A stretch of 52,962 nt of DNA, taken from Nitrospirota bacterium. Its GTDB lineage: Bacteria; Nitrospirota; UBA9217. Position numbers and translations under genes: made by a program. This document shows positions 42,541-52,962 of the stretch, in pieces. Position 1 is the stretch's first letter; each line of letters begins with the position of its first letter. Location: NCBI GenBank assembly GCA_963741205.1, contig CAVUHW010000042.1, positions 1 to 52,962 on the forward strand. Reading direction: 5' to 3'. The notes under the pieces are model-generated. The model saw only the letters and a program-made list of their open reading frames with translations, was not told the origin of the DNA and ran no database searches.

Positions 42541-44424
42541 CTATGCTTTCGTACCCTGTATTATCCGCTCCACGTCAGCTCTTTCGAGCACTTCTTCCTT
42601 TATCAGCGCTTCCGCAAGCGCGTCAAGGGTATGTCTTTTCCCTGACAATATTTCAGTTGCCCTTGATTCCGCATCGATGATGATTTTCTGGATCTCCTGG
42701 TCCATGAGCCAGGCCATCTCCTCGCTGTAGCGCTTCGGCAGGGACAACTCCCTGCCCAGGAACGGGTGTTCTTCACCGCGTCCGAGATTGATCGGACCGA
42801 CCTTGTCGCTCATTCCCCACTGCGCCACCATCTTCTCGGCCAGCGAGGTCGCGTCTTTCAGGTCGTTCTGTGCGCCGCTGCTGATGTCGTTAAAGACGAT
42901 CTTTTCCGCAACTCTGTCCGGCAAGGTTGATGCTCAGTCTGTTCATAAGATAGGTGCGGGGATAATAGTGCCGGTCTTCCCCGGGCAAAAGCTGCGTAAC
43001 ACCCATTGCCATTCCGCGGGGGATGATGCTTACCTTGTAAATCGGATCGGCCCCGGGTAATTCCCATGCGGTGAGCGTATGTCCCGCCTCATGATAGGCC
43101 GTTATCCGCTTTTCCATGTCGCTGATGGTCAACTCCTTCACCGCCCCCATCAGGATACTGTCCTCGGCCTCTAAAAAGTCAAGCCGGTCTATCATCTCTT
43201 TGTTCTTCCGCAAGGCGACCAGGGCGGCCTCGTTGGTGAGATTCTCAAGGTCTGCGCCGGTCATGCCCGGCGTTCCCTTTGCCAGGGCTTCGAAATCCAC
43301 ATCAGGCGCAAGCTTCTTTCCCCTCACATGGATCTCCAGGATAGCCTTCCGTTCTTTCCAGCCCGGCCGGTCGACCACGATATGCCGGTCGAACCTTCCC
43401 GGCCGGAGAAGGGCAGGGTCCAGAACATCAGGCCTGTTGGTCGCAGCCATAACGATCACTTCTTCATGGGGATTAAATCCGTCCATTTCGCTCAAAAGCT
43501 GGTTCAGCGTCTGCTCCCGTTCATCGCTTCCGCCTCCAAGCCCCGCTCCGCGCGTACGTCCCACCGCATCGATCTCATCGATAAAAATTATGCTCGGCTG
43601 GGTGTCCTTGGCTTTTTTGAACATGTCCCTGACGCGCGAGGCGCCGACGCCTACGAACATTTCTATGAACTCCGAAGCGCTGATGCTGTAAAAAGGCACT
43701 GCGGCCTCACCCGCGGTTGCCCGCGCAAAAAGGGTCTTGCCTGTTCCCGGAGGTCCGATCAGGAGCACGCCCTTCGGGACCTTTGCCCCGATCTTCTCGA
43801 ACCGGGAGGGGTCTTTCAGAAACTCTATGGTCTCTCGCAGTTCCATCTTTACATTGTCCATCCCGGCAACGTCTTTAAAGGTCACGCTCGGTTTTTTCGC
43901 ATCATACAGTTTGGCCTTGCTTGCTCCAAAGGTAAAGAGGCCACCCGGACCGCCTTGGATCTGCTGATTCCTTTTCGATATCAAGACCCAGAAACCGATG
44001 ATCAGCACCCAGGGCAGAAAGCTGATCACCATCTGCCAGAACAATGCCCTGTTCAGCGGGCTCGATGGTGATGATCACATTCTTTTCCTTGAGCTGGGAC
44101 AGGAGTCCTTCACCCTGGAAAGAAGGCAGGACGGTCTGGAAGTATTTTACTTGCGCGGGTTTCTTTTCTCCCGGCAGCGGGACACTCGCCTCCTTAATGA
44201 ACTCTCCGTTTACCAGTTCCTTTTTTATGGAAACGGATTTGATATTGCCTGCGCTCAGTTGCTCGATAAACTGGCTGTAGTTTATCGTCGTATGCGCGGG
44301 AGCGTTGGGGTTGAAAAAGATATTCCACGCCATACATGAATATTGAAGCCGCTAAAAATGCCGCAAGGAACCTCCAATAGATCCTGGGGATGCCGCCGCT
44401 GGTGTCTTTCTTATCTTCTGCCAT
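42541..44424 (-). CDS. ftsH: ATP-dependent zinc metalloprotease FtsH; frameshifted
   Basis: [50 protein letters not shown]. Confidence 0.92.
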
Positions 44425-44516
44425 GATTCATACCTTCCTTCACTCTTCCGGTCGGGTAGTGCTCCCCGCGCGAATATGTCATCAGGTCCGCGGCCCCCTG
44501 GAGCACATCGCGCCAT

Positions 44517-44940
44517 TTACCTGACCTCAATGCGGCCTTGAAGCAGGTAGATGAGAATCACGACGAGAATAGCCAGGACCACAAGGCCTATTACAAGATC
44601 GACCGGGTCACCGCCTGCCTGGAGTGAGTCCGTGTGGGTCGCGAGCTGATTGATCTGCTCGTCGGAAAGCTTGTTCACCCGCGCCATGGTCTCTTCCGGG
44701 GAAAGCCCGTAGTCCATTAGCTTCTGTTGGACGATCTTCGTCTCGAGTGCGGCCTGGATCTTGGCCAGATCGGCCAGTCCGGCCGGCAGAGGCTGCTGCA
44801 GGAGCGGCTGCATTCTGGTTTGGAGCGGACGTCACGAACATGGCCTCGGCCGGCCCGGCGAAGGTCGAGATCGCGAGAAGCGCAACGGCCAGATAGATTG
44901 CGAGCGGTTTTGCGTAGAAAGTCTCGAGTATGGTCTTCAT
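44517..44940 (-). CDS. PA2779-family protein; frameshift near 44785
   Basis: Signal peptide; LETKIVQQKLMDYGLSPEE…RV..LSDEQI.QLA…QAGG plus a C-terminal TM. Confidence 0.8.
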
Positions 44941-44974
44941 GTGTGGTTACCTCCGGCTTTTATCGAGAACCTCG

Positions 44975-45095
44975 TTATTTCCTGATATATGACACTGTGC
45001 CCGGTTGCCTGGAGGACGACAGACTACGATGATCACCACCAGGATGAAGAAGACTACCAGGACGCCGACACCGTCCGCGCCCGCCTGAAGCGAGC
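44975..45095 (-). pseudogene. 3' remnant of a second PA2779-family paralogue
   Basis: SLQAGADGVGVLVVFFILVVIIVV/VLQATGH parallels SLQAGGDPVDLVIGLVVLAILVV of the adjacent gene. Confidence 0.55.
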
Positions 45096-45187
45096 ATGCC
45101 CAGGTTCGCGGCAAGCGTAAAGAAACCGTTCTATAAATTGCTTCTCTGACTAAAACTTTTATTATAACAGCATCAGACGGGTCGTCC

Positions 45188-45586
45188 TCAGGCTTGAGCG
45201 TCGGCCTCTGATTGCCCAAGTGCAGCCCTCACGAGTCTGACTAATTCTTCGGCCTCAAAAGGCTTATGGAGGTGCGCGAACACCTCGCCACTGAGAGACT
45301 TTATAAAAGACTCCACACCGGTATGTGCGGTAAGCATGATGATCGGTATATTCCTGTACTTTTTGTTATCTTTGATCTTCCGGGACACCTGCAGGCCGTC
45401 CATCCCCGGCAACATAAGGTCCATCAGTACGAGGTCTATGGTCCGGGTTTTGATCTTCCGCAGGGCGTCTTCCCCGCTTGCAACGCTTACCACCTCGTAG
45501 CCTCTTGGAACGAGTATGTTTTCGAGCAGTTTGAGGTTCGCAGGTTCATCGTCGACAGAAAGGATGATCGGCTTCTTCAGCGTCAT
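45188..45586 (-). CDS. Single-domain response regulator
   Basis: SVDDE, DLMLPGMDG, MLTA, KPF. Confidence 0.9.
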   Translation of the reverse strand: MTLKKPIILSVDDEPANLKLLENILVPRGYEVVSVASGEDALRKIKTRTIDLVLMDLMLPGMDGLQVSRKIKDNKKYRNIPIIMLTAHTGVESFIKSLSGEVFAHLHKPFEAEELVRLVRAALGQSEADAQA

Positions 45587-45966
45587 GTTTTCACCTCGGA
45601 ATTCGGAATAATGTTTTTTACGAGCTCAACGAATTTTCGCGTATCTATGGGTTTTGTCACATATTCGTCAAACCCGGCTTCCAGCGCCTTTTCCCTGTCG
45701 CCTTTCATGGCAAAGGAGGTGACGGCCATCACCTTCAGCTTGCTCAGTTCCGGTGTTTTCCGCAATTCCCGTATCACCGCTAAACCGCCCATAACAGGCA
45801 TCTGCAGATCAAGCAGTATAAGATCAGGCATGTGCTCTCTGGCCATCGCCAACCCGGCTGCCCCATCAGCCGCCTCCAGCACCTCATAGCCGTGATACTT
45901 CAGTATCTGTCTCATGAGGATACGGTTCGCCTCGTTATCTTCCACAACAAGGATTTTCTTAGGCAT
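45583..45966 (-). CDS. Single-domain DivK-like response regulator
   Basis: VVEDN, DLQMP, AVTSFAMKGDREKALEAGFD.YVTKPID. Confidence 0.9.
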   Translation of the reverse strand: MPKKILVVEDNEANRILMRQILKYHGYEVLEAADGAAGLAMAREHMPDLILLDLQMPVMGGLAVIRELRKTPELSKLKVMAVTSFAMKGDREKALEAGFDEYVTKPIDTRKFVELVKNIIPNSEVKT

Positions 45967-47522
45967 TCTTTTTCCTCCCCTGCCTTACGGGAATAACAAA
46001 GGCAAACAGGCTCCCTTTGCCGAACTCGCTCTCCACCCATATCCTCCCGCCGTGCAATTCAACAAGTTTTTTGGTGAGCGCAAGCCCGAGCCCGGTACCC
46101 TCATACTTTTTATCATAGGCCGACGACAATTGAGAAAACTCCTTGAAGAGCTTCGGGATATCCTCCTGCTTGATCCCTATGCCGGTGTCCCTGATGCTGA
46201 TCTCTATATCCTGAGCTCCATTTATTTCCTTCGACAGTACCTGCACCTGGCCGTTGTCAGGCGTGAATTTCACCGCATTGCTCAGGAGATTGAACAGTAT
46301 CTGCTTGAGTTTTCTTTCATCCGCCTCGATCATCGATAGAATGATCGGGTTCGATCTTTAGATCCAGCTTTATCCCATGCCTCAATGCCTTCTCCCGCTG
46401 CATGACCAGGGATGCGTCAAGCAGCTCTCTTAAAGACACACGCTCCACGTCGAGTTCCATCTTGCCTGATTCCACTTTGGAGAGATCGAGGATATCGTTG
46501 ATAAGGCTGAGCAGGTGCCTTCCCGCTTTGAGGATGTACATCACGTTTTCGCGCTGCGACTCATTCAGCGAGCCGAGCAGCTGGTCCTCCAGGACCTCCG
46601 AAAAACCGATTATCGAATTAAGCGGGGTCCTCAGCTCATGACTCATGTTGGCAAGGAAATCGGACTTGGCCATTGTTGCGGATTCGGCCTCGAATTGCGC
46701 CTTCTTCGCGTCCCGTGTTCGTTCCGCCAATTCTCGTTCCAGCCTCATTTTTTCAGTGACGTCTTCTATTGCAAGGAGGATCAGCTGAGAACCGATTTCC
46801 TCTTGAGTGATCCGGCGGGCATTGAGCAGCATTACTTTGTGCCCGATGCTTGAAAATACATGTTCAACCTCATAGTCATCGAACTTGTTGTCTTTGGGAA
46901 GGATCTCTTCAAGCAGCGTCCGAAGCCTGGGAATGTCCCATTGCCGGTTTCCGAGGTCATAGATAAGATTTCCGATCGTTTCCCCCGGTGTTACCTTGAA
47001 GGAATCATAGAAACTGCGGTTGGCCTTGAGGACCCTCAGGTCTGAATCCAGCACCAAAAGGGGTTCACGCACGGTCTCAATAATATCTTCATTGGCCCTT
47101 GTTGCGGCCTCGGCATCGAATTGTGCCTTCTTCGCGTCTCGCGTCCGTTCCGCCAATTCTTTTTCCAGGCGCATTTTTTCAGTGATGTCTTCTATTGCCA
47201 GGAGGATCAGCAGATGACCGCTTTCTGCTTGGGTGATACGGCGGGCATTGAGCAGCATTATTTTGTGCCCGATGCTTGAAAATACATGTTCAACTTTATA
47301 GTCATCGAACTTGTTATTTTTGGGAAGCATTTCTTCAAGCAACGTCCGAAGGCTGGGAATGTCCCATTGCCGGTTTCCGAGGTCATAGATAAGATTGCCC
47401 ACCGTTTCCTTCGGCATTACCTTGAACGATTCATAAAAACTGCGGCTGGCCAGGAGAACCCTCAGATTTGCATCCAGGACCATAAGGGGTTCACGCGCTG
47501 TCTCGATAATATCTTCAAACAT
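45959..47522 (-). CDS. Cytoplasmic PAS-PAS histidine kinase; frameshift near 46330
   Basis: Duplicated PAS, FLANMSHELRTPLNSIIGF, NLLSNAVKF, DTGIG, GTGLGL. Confidence 0.9.
46690..47522 (-). repeat. Tandem 426-bp (142-aa) duplication of PAS plus coil
   Basis: TCGAATTG at 46690 and 47116; GGGTTCACGC at 47061 and 47487. Confidence 0.85.
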
Positions 47523-47665
47523 CTAAGCATCTCCGATCGGTAACTACTCTGGCCTGTCTCGCGAAAGCTTGCTCCGTGAGATGTTTGCTGACGCGATCTC
47601 TAGCGGCAACCGCTCCGTTTCGCATGGCAGATGATGATGAGCCTTTTCTTCTCTCTCGAGCCTTC

Positions 47666-48760
47666 TCACCTTTGTTCAGATCCCAAGATCGTTCCTTTTT
47701 TCGACACTGGTGGAATGCTTTCAGCGGGCACCTTAGGCCCGAGCAATACGGCGATCCATCGTGTGCTTTTATTGTTCTCGCATGCGAACTTCAGCGTCAT
47801 GGTAAACGGTATGCACAGAACCACGCCGATCAGGCCAAGCAGGCTTCCCCAAAAGACCAACGAGAGAAATACGACCAGCGTGGACAGGCCGAGCCTCCGC
47901 CCCATGAGCCTCGGTTCGACCACGTTGCCGAGTATGAAACTAACGGCCAGATATCCGGCAGCGGTGAGCGCGGCACGGCCGAACCCGAATTGGACAAGGG
48001 CGAGAATAACCGCGGGGATCGCGGCGATGATGGCGCCGACATTGGGTACATAGTGGAGCAGAAAGGCCAGGAAACCCCAGAGAACAGGAGAATCCACGCC
48101 GAGGATGGAGAGCCATATCCCGATCAGAACACCCGCGGTCAGGCTGATCCCCGTCTTGATGATCATATAGCGCTTCATATCATCAACGAACCTCGTGAAC
48201 TGGGGAAATGCCTGCTGAGGATCGCCGAGGACAGCGCGGAGCTTGGCAGGGAAGCTTGAGGCTTCGAGCAGGATAAACGTTACGGTGAGCAGGATCAGGA
48301 TAATGTTCGAGAGCGCGGAGCCCAAACCCCCGAGCATGCCGACAGCCAGCCTCATCACCGCCTCCGGATTGATATACTCGAGCAGCATCTTGTCCGTGAC
48401 CCGGATGCCTTTCTTTGCCAGCAGCGCCTTGAGTGATGAAACTTGTTCTTGTATGCGTTGTTGATAGGAAGGCAGGGCATCGATAAAGTTGTTGAGGGAC
48501 GTGCCTACAAGACCGCCGACGATCAGCAGGATGGCGATCATGCCTGCCACCACGAGCAGCACCGCAACGACGGAGGGAATGCGTTTCCGCTCGAGCCAGA
48601 GTACCGGCGGCGTCCCGAGCATAGCGAGGAAAACGGCGACGAGGAAGGACACCAGGACCGACTGCGCCTGATTGATGCCCCCGATGATGATCACGAGCGC
48701 AGCCGCGATGACGAGGAAGCGGATTCCGCGCTGAGAATTACTCTGTTCAGTCATGGACAA
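47666..48760 (-). CDS. AI-2E (PerM/TqsA) family transporter
   Basis: Multiple TMs; YVPNVG, GNVVEPRLMGRRLGLS, FWG. Confidence 0.9.
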   Translation of the reverse strand: MSMTEQSNSQRGIRFLVIAAALVIIIGGINQAQSVLVSFLVAVFLAMLGTPPVLWLERKRIPSVVAVLLVVAGMIAILLIVGGLVGTSLNNFIDALPSYQQRIQEQVSSLKALLAKKGIRVTDKMLLEYINPEAVMRLAVGMLGGLGSALSNIILILLTVTFILLEASSFPAKLRAVLGDPQQAFPQFTRFVDDMKRYMIIKTGISLTAGVLIGIWLSILGVDSPVLWGFLAFLLHYVPNVGAIIAAIPAVILALVQFGFGRAALTAAGYLAVSFILGNVVEPRLMGRRLGLSTLVVFLSLVFWGSLLGLIGVVLCIPFTMTLKFACENNKSTRWIAVLLGPKVPAESIPPVSKKGTILGSEQR

Positions 48761-48927
48761 ATACCTCTTCGGCAGGAATTCGCTCAGTTAGAAAGTCCGA
48801 CCCATTCTGAGACCGCGATACTCTCTGTCGACCTCAAGCTGAAAACGCCATCCTTTGTGCGGCGCAGGGTGAACATAATTATTCTCTGAGCGCATTCGAT
48901 GTCCGGTCCTCTCCCTGTTCAGGCGGC

Positions 48928-50354
48928 TCAGCGGCGGTCGGCGTAGAAGTCGCGCCACTCGACGGCGCCGAACTTGATGTCGCCGAGGAAGTTGTAGGCG
49001 ATACTGACGGTTCCTACCGTCTGGTGCCTGTTGGGTATACTGGCATAGTGCGCATCCCGGTGCGATTCGACGTACTGGATGCCGATACCGTGGTGGCCGT
49101 AAACGCGCACGGTGAACGACGCGTTCCCGCGGAAGATATTCTCCGATCCACGTTCTCGTTGTCGGAGCCCATGCCGCTGACATAGTACTCGCGCCCCGTC
49201 ATGTCGAGCATGGCCACATCGCCGAAGATGAGGCGGAGCGCCAGCAGCCCCTGCGGGACGGTGCCGAAGTGGTAGTCGCGTATACCCTCGGCGGGGCTAC
49301 CCACGGGGGCGGTGGTGCCGGCCGCGCCGAAACCGACGCCGCCGAGGGCCGAACCCTGGAGCGCCACCGAGTGAGAGAGCCACCACTGGGCGGTGGTGCC
49401 GACCGAGAGGGCCGTGCTCGAGACGCGGAAGATCGTGCGGCGATATGTAGTCGTAGCTCCCGTAGAGGCCCCACACCCCGCGATAGGTGTCGCCAGCCGA
49501 GTATTTCGTTCCATAGAGGAGGCCGCGGGTCATGATGTTCTCGAAGGCGTTGCCGCCGCTGTGGGCGACGGCGGTGAATTCGAAATGGAAGTAGTCGAAG
49601 GGGCGATTGTAGCTGATAGCCGGGTTTCCCGGGGAGCCCGTAGGCCATAGAGAAGTCTCCCGTCGCCTCGGGCCGATTAACGGTTTTTCCGATGCCCTGG
49701 TCCGTCTCGGTGCTCGGTCAGGCTCGCGCCGAGCCGCAAGCGCATGAAGGTGGCCGGGTCGTTGCTCACCCACACGGCCTTGAACCGGTTGCCGAAGGCG
49801 AGACGGTTGATGCCGGTGGACGGCGAGATCCCTGCGGCGCCCAGCTCTCGCCAGAACCCCGGCTTGCCGTCCTCGAGGACAAAGCTCGCCATCCGAAAGA
49901 GCGCCTCGCCCAGGAAAGATCCGCCGAAGCTGGTCATGATCTGATCATTGATGGAGGGCGGTCCGGTCTCTCCGTACGTCTCCCAGGCAAAGCTTGCCGC
50001 GAAGGTATAGCCAAGCGACTCCCAGTAATTGAGGCCGGCTGACCGCGCGAAGCCGTAATTGAACGATCCCATGTACGGATGCATGATCATGTTCATGCCG
50101 AAGGGGTCCGTGTCCAACTTCCAGGTGCCGCGGATGACGTGTTGCCAGCCGGTGTTCCAGGTCGTGCCGTAGACGTCGGTGCCGTAGACGGCGCGGTCAT
50201 ACCTGTTGAGGAGAAAGAGGAAGGCCGGGATCTCGAGCGCCGGGATGAGGTAGCTCTTGTGATAGCCCGGACCCCAATCGGCCTCCAACGCCGTGTAAAC
50301 GGGCGCGGCGGGGTCAGGCTTCACGGCGTAGTCTGTATTCCCGGCGGTCTTCAA
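48928..50354 (-). CDS. DUF3943-domain outer-membrane protein; frameshifted, 5' end apparently missing
   Basis: KSYLIPALEI…D.DPF..N…HPY.GS…ARS.G…WE..GET.PPSINDQ…GEALFR; no signal peptide. Confidence 0.7.
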
Positions 50355-50580
50355 TGACGGGAGAATGAGTGCGTTGGAGGCTAAACCCTCTGCCGGCGTG
50401 CAACTGGGCGATCAATGGGTGGCCAAGCACGTTCCCCAGTGCTCGCCCTCCCGAGTGCGATATCCGCACGACTTGGCGGAGAGAAATTTTCTTCTGAACC
50501 CGCACACCCGAAAATCGGCTGGGTGCGCCTCCACAAGCCGAGTCGAGTTCGCCTTCATCACCGGCTCGCCGATCGTTAAG
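50355..50580 (+). pseudogene. C-terminal fragment of a RES-domain protein
   Basis: QLGDQWV…VL..PSAI…ERNFLLNP.H…F.F, spread across frames. Confidence 0.5.
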
Positions 50581-50639
50581 CAGGAGCGTTGTCGTTTCGG
50601 AAATCTGAAATGGAACGACGCCTGTTCCGCCAGCGTTCA

Positions 50640-51838
50640 CGCGTTGGTGAGGGCACTGGCTCCAGCCGACCCAGGTCTTGTCCTTGTTGAAGTCTACTCC
50701 CACGACCCCGGGGCCCGGCTCATCCGGACGAGGTTGTTGACCACTATCGGACGCGATTCTCGCCAGAGAAACATCATCCGGATCTCAGCCTTCGAGCGAT
50801 GGCCATCACCGTTGGGACCAACTCCGCGTAAGTCACTTCGTGTTACCGCAGAATCCAGCTGTGGAATTTTTGGGCAGTGCGGCCAATTTCTCCGGAGTTG
50901 ATTCATCTCCACGCCCAGACCGGCGAGGAAATACAGCCGGTCCCACACGTAATCGCTCAGTGACTCGTCAGGCGGGAAATTCGTCCGCAAAAAAGGCCGG
51001 CGAAGTATGCGCGCTTTTCAGGAACGGCAGGGAATGTTTGCTGATTCTAATACTCAGTTGGGGTGGCTACGACTGGATGTCGAAGATCGTTCCGGAAATC
51101 GATCCTCGGCTGAACTCTTCAGCTCCTCGGACGACGCACAAAAGTTCATCGACTACTGGGTTACACCGTCTATCTGCATTAGAGGTCCGTCGCGTCGATA
51201 TAAAAGCTGCCGTCCGCGTTTTCGCATATTCGTTACAAGGGACTTTACCCCCAGGGCGCTCTTGGAAGGGGCAATTCGATTCGCGTCTTCTGCTTCTCTG
51301 GTCTATCTCTCAGGCAGCACATTATGGGTTTTCGGATCGGTTTCGCCGACGATCACCTTGCGCAATAGCTCGAGATAGGAATTCTGGTCCAACCCGCTAA
51401 AGAATGGCTGCCATTCCGGCGGATCTTGGGACAAAAGCAGCGCGCAAGCAGCGCCAGAAAAGAGCTGGTAAGAGTAAGGCTGGGGAAACCCTGGAGCTCA
51501 ATGAGGCGCGGATGCAGACGACCGTCTTTGCCGGCGCAGTACGCCGCATCATGGCATGAAAGTGGATGCGGGTTTCTGTTCGGAGACGACCAGTCTGGGG
51601 TGGACATCCGCGCCCTGGGCGTGCGCGCGGAATTCCGGCGCTTGCACCGGCAGAGCAACCAGGGTCACGCGCGGCCATCTCGATTTCCAGCGCGAATTCC
51701 GGTGTGAGAGAGAATTCGGGCGTTTCCGAAATGCGAAATCCGCCCGCCAGATTTCGGTCTCGATTCACCGCGCGCAAGAGCGCGGCGGACTTTTCGGGAG
51801 TGAAGTTGGCATTAAACCGGGCCGTCCGTCGGTTCCAT
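50640..51838 (-). pseudogene. Heavily frameshifted conserved hypothetical protein (ATP-grasp-like)
   Basis: Fragments RFNANFTPEK, FRISETP, PRLIELQGFPSL, FLAGLGV, KAEIRMMFLW, LVRMSR, MGVDFNKDKTWVG appear in different frames in collinear order. Confidence 0.45.
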
Positions 51839-51989
51839 CGGCGGTGAGCATGACACAAACCTGAGTGGATGAAGCAGCCACTGCAAGGACGCGCGCCACG
51901 TCCAACTCAATCGAATTCAGCTCCAACGGGAAACCATCACCGTTGCTGCGCTGTGTCAGCGCCGAGCGATTCGGCGGTCATAGATCGCC

Positions 51990-52939
51990 GCTACAACTCA
52001 GAACCCAACGAAAAGCGAAGCCATGCGCGCGCGGGTCTTGGCATCGGGCAGCCGGCCAACTCCCTGCTCCCATGTTGTCCTCGAGATGCTTTGGATCATT
52101 GGTGGCCGGGATCACGCAAGTGACTGCCGGATGAGACACAATCCATTTCAACAAAAATTGCGCCCAAGAGTGGCAGTCGAATTCAGCCGTCCACGGGGGG
52201 CAGCGGTTTGGCAGAAATGACTTGGAAAATGCCGCCGCTACAAAAGGCCGGTTGATGATGACTCCCATGCCCATTTCCTGGGCGAGCGGCAGGATGCGCT
52301 GGCGCCGCAGCTCGATCCATCAGCGAATAATTAATCTGAACGAAATCGGGTTTCTGGGGCCCGCATGACTCTTTCGACTTCACCGTGGCCTCGGTCCTCC
52401 GAATAGGTGATTCCGGTATAACGGATCTGTCCTTTCGCTTTCCATTCGCGCAGAGAAGTCATCTGGCGATCGACATCGGCCAGGTTATGCACCTGTTCCA
52501 GATCGATCGTCCTGGTCCGAAATCCGCTCCAAGGACCGTTGCATCTGGGAGATTCCCTCCTGCTTGTCCCTGGTCCACACCTTGGTCGCGAAGAAAAGCG
52601 AATTGGTGAATATGCTCTTTGTAAGCGAGGTCACCGATCACGCTTTCGGCGTTGCCATAGGCTGGCGACGTGTCGATCAATTTCCCGCCGTGTTTCACAA
52701 AAAGCGCCAGCACTTCTCCGATCGGTTGTAGCTGGCGCGAGCCGCGAACGTCGAAGGTGAGCGCGCTCCCCAGCCCGATCACGGGAAGTTTCTCATGCGT
52801 CGACGGAATTGCGCGCATGATCCGCTGGGAAGATTCACCTAGCCGCGAAGAGGCGTGATGCTCCGATCGGCAGGAATGCGCCGGCCGCTGTTGCGCCGAT
52901 CAACTTCGCCGCTCGCCGCCGTGAAATCGTATTGTCCAT
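51990..52939 (-). CDS. Aldo/keto reductase with a Tat-like signal; heavily frameshifted, 3' end approximate
   Basis: MDNTISRRRAAKL; RAIPST.EKLPVIGLG, IDTSPAYGNAE, DFVQINYS, WAQFLLKW..SHPAVTCVIPAT. Confidence 0.7.
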
Positions 52940-52962
52940 CTTGAGGCAGCTACTCGTGCTGA

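Overview
This is a bacterial genomic window, probably from a long-read metagenome assembly: many conserved genes are broken by 1-bp indels. Gene content suggests a Nitrospirota/Desulfobacterota-like organism (inference). It has four parts. (1) 1-10.1 kb: a co-oriented array of five predicted surface lipoproteins whose lipobox Cys is followed by Gly/Ser-rich tethers, carrying Ig-like (Big_5) and PKD-like repeats, plus gene remnants. (2) 10.3-21.3 kb: core genes (DUF6982-like protein, DegP, AddAB helicase-nuclease, ferredoxin, TrxA, TlpA, tRNA-Gly(CCC)), with REP-like palindromes, one of them inserted in frame inside addA. (3) 21.3-50.35 kb: an accessory block downstream of tRNA-Gly, almost all on the minus strand. 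It encodes a CheB-CheR-PAS histidine kinase, AsmA, DUF302, a PAS-GGDEF-EAL protein, a glycogen phosphorylase/acetate kinase/phosphoketolase module, an eRF1-like small protein, an alternative-oxidase-like diiron protein, a PqiA-like protein, FtsH, a two-component set and an AI-2E transporter. Its first gene is bracketed by paired TGTCCGAG repeats resembling integrase arm sites. (4) 50.35 kb to end: an abrupt junction into heavily error-ridden sequence (RES fragment, ATP-grasp-like gene, aldo/keto reductase) that may be chimeric. No CRISPR array, integrase or transposase was recognised. All domain calls come from motif recognition by eye, not from database searches.
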